From the NCBI GenBank assembly GCA_000934665.2, contig JYFJ02003774.1:1-38513 (forward strand): DNA of 38,513 bases, given 5' to 3'. The DNA is from Catajapyx aquilonaris (lineage: Eukaryota). The notes under the pieces were generated by a model that made no database searches, was not told the DNA's origin, and saw only the letters and a list, made by a program, of their open reading frames with translations. Both the position numbers and the translations under genes were made by a program. Shown piece after piece: positions 37,585 to 38,513 of this stretch (within the stretch, counting starts at the first letter, position 1; each line of letters begins with the position of its first letter).

Positions 37585-38351
37585 TATATCCACTCAAAGG
37601 ACTCGATGGTGGGAAATCAGCAGAGGTATGTGTATCATGATGGAGGTGGTGAATTGTGCCAATTGCTTTTTTAAACAAATGCATACATTGCATGGTGATT
37701 CAAGGTCTTTGAAAATTCACCTGCATATTACGACGTGTGTTAAAATTTTATTTAGTGCATACATGTTATTTGGAAAATGTGATACCACAGGTAGGACAAC
37801 ACTTTGAATTGATGGTATATTGCATTAGGATCATATTTTTCAAATACCCTGCAATGGGCTGTAGCCAGATCATCTAACTGTGGCTGCTGGTGATTGTAAC
37901 ATTGTCAATTCTAGTTAGTTGAAGAGGAGAGGAAGGGTTCTGCATAACTATTTTTAAAATCTTCACTATTCAATAACAATATATTATCTTATGAAAAATG
38001 GGTATCAATTATCCTCCTGCAGAGAGTGGCGTAACTAAATTATTATAGTTATAATCTTTTGCTTAGCAGTTTTTATTGCTAAATTGTCTGGGTTGTGCAA
38101 AGACTGAAGTAAACTTCTGAATTGTTTGACATTGCAATTTTTGTGTTTTTATGTTCAGGAAAGTATCAAACCTGAGAACAAACACACAAAATGCAACGGT
38201 CCAGTCCTCAACATTTTCTTTGCTGTGTCTTGGATAGATAACGTAGGATAGATGAGAGAAGTCTCTAAGATTATGTGACTTTATTTTTATTTGCACAAGT
38301 CTAGCCAAAATTGAGAGTAAGAAATAAACCCTGACTTTCAGGCCATCTTAA

Positions 38352-38513
38352 AGGGACACTCCACTCAAAATACAAGTTGAATTCTAAAAATCGGGCAAAA
38401 AATCCTGATTCCGAGAGTATAAGCAGTTTTCCTGAGAGACGAACGGTAAGGCCACGGCGAGCCGTCAAAGTTCGGAAATTCGAATCTGGCGCAAAAGAGC
38501 TGCCCGCCCGGGC
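38352..38513. mobile_element. Probable left end of a Kolobok-like element, truncated by the window edge
   Basis: TTAA followed by AGGGACACT, a typical Kolobok target and terminus; the partner end is not in the window. Confidence 0.35.

Noticed and set aside
34146..38513. Next RBFOX exon (expected to begin near VYYDPF) and C-terminal NLS
   Set aside because: Not found by eye; presumably beyond the window.

Overview
Eukaryotic genomic DNA, most likely arthropod, with no prokaryotic features. The window lies inside one large intron-rich + strand gene encoding an RBFOX / Fox-1 / A2bp1 splicing factor. Six coding exons can be read directly: 5398-5607, 19144-19197, 22033-22125, 29147-29201 and two phase-matched, probably mutually exclusive exons at 32772-32874 and 34001-34145. 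Together they give the complete Fox RRM ([78 protein letters not shown]). The start and C-terminal exons were not found and probably lie outside the window. The most interesting signal is the gene's apparent self-regulation. RBFOX sites (TGCATG) sit on the putative branch point, the acceptor and the donor of the in-frame 93-nt RRM exon, as in vertebrate RBFOX autoregulation. A second set of sites is placed as if to switch between the two alternative exons, which also share a CCACTAAC element at nearly the same distance from their donors. The introns hold many transposon remnants: a long-TIR foldback element (Sola2-like), Tc1/pogo, Harbinger-like and Kolobok-like MITEs with nested insertions, tRNA-derived SINEs, and heavily decayed LINE and Tc1 coding relics. 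They also contain a tRNA-Gln body with an AAG anticodon and many microsatellites. Most listed ORFs are non-coding artefacts. All assignments come from manual reading; no searches were run.
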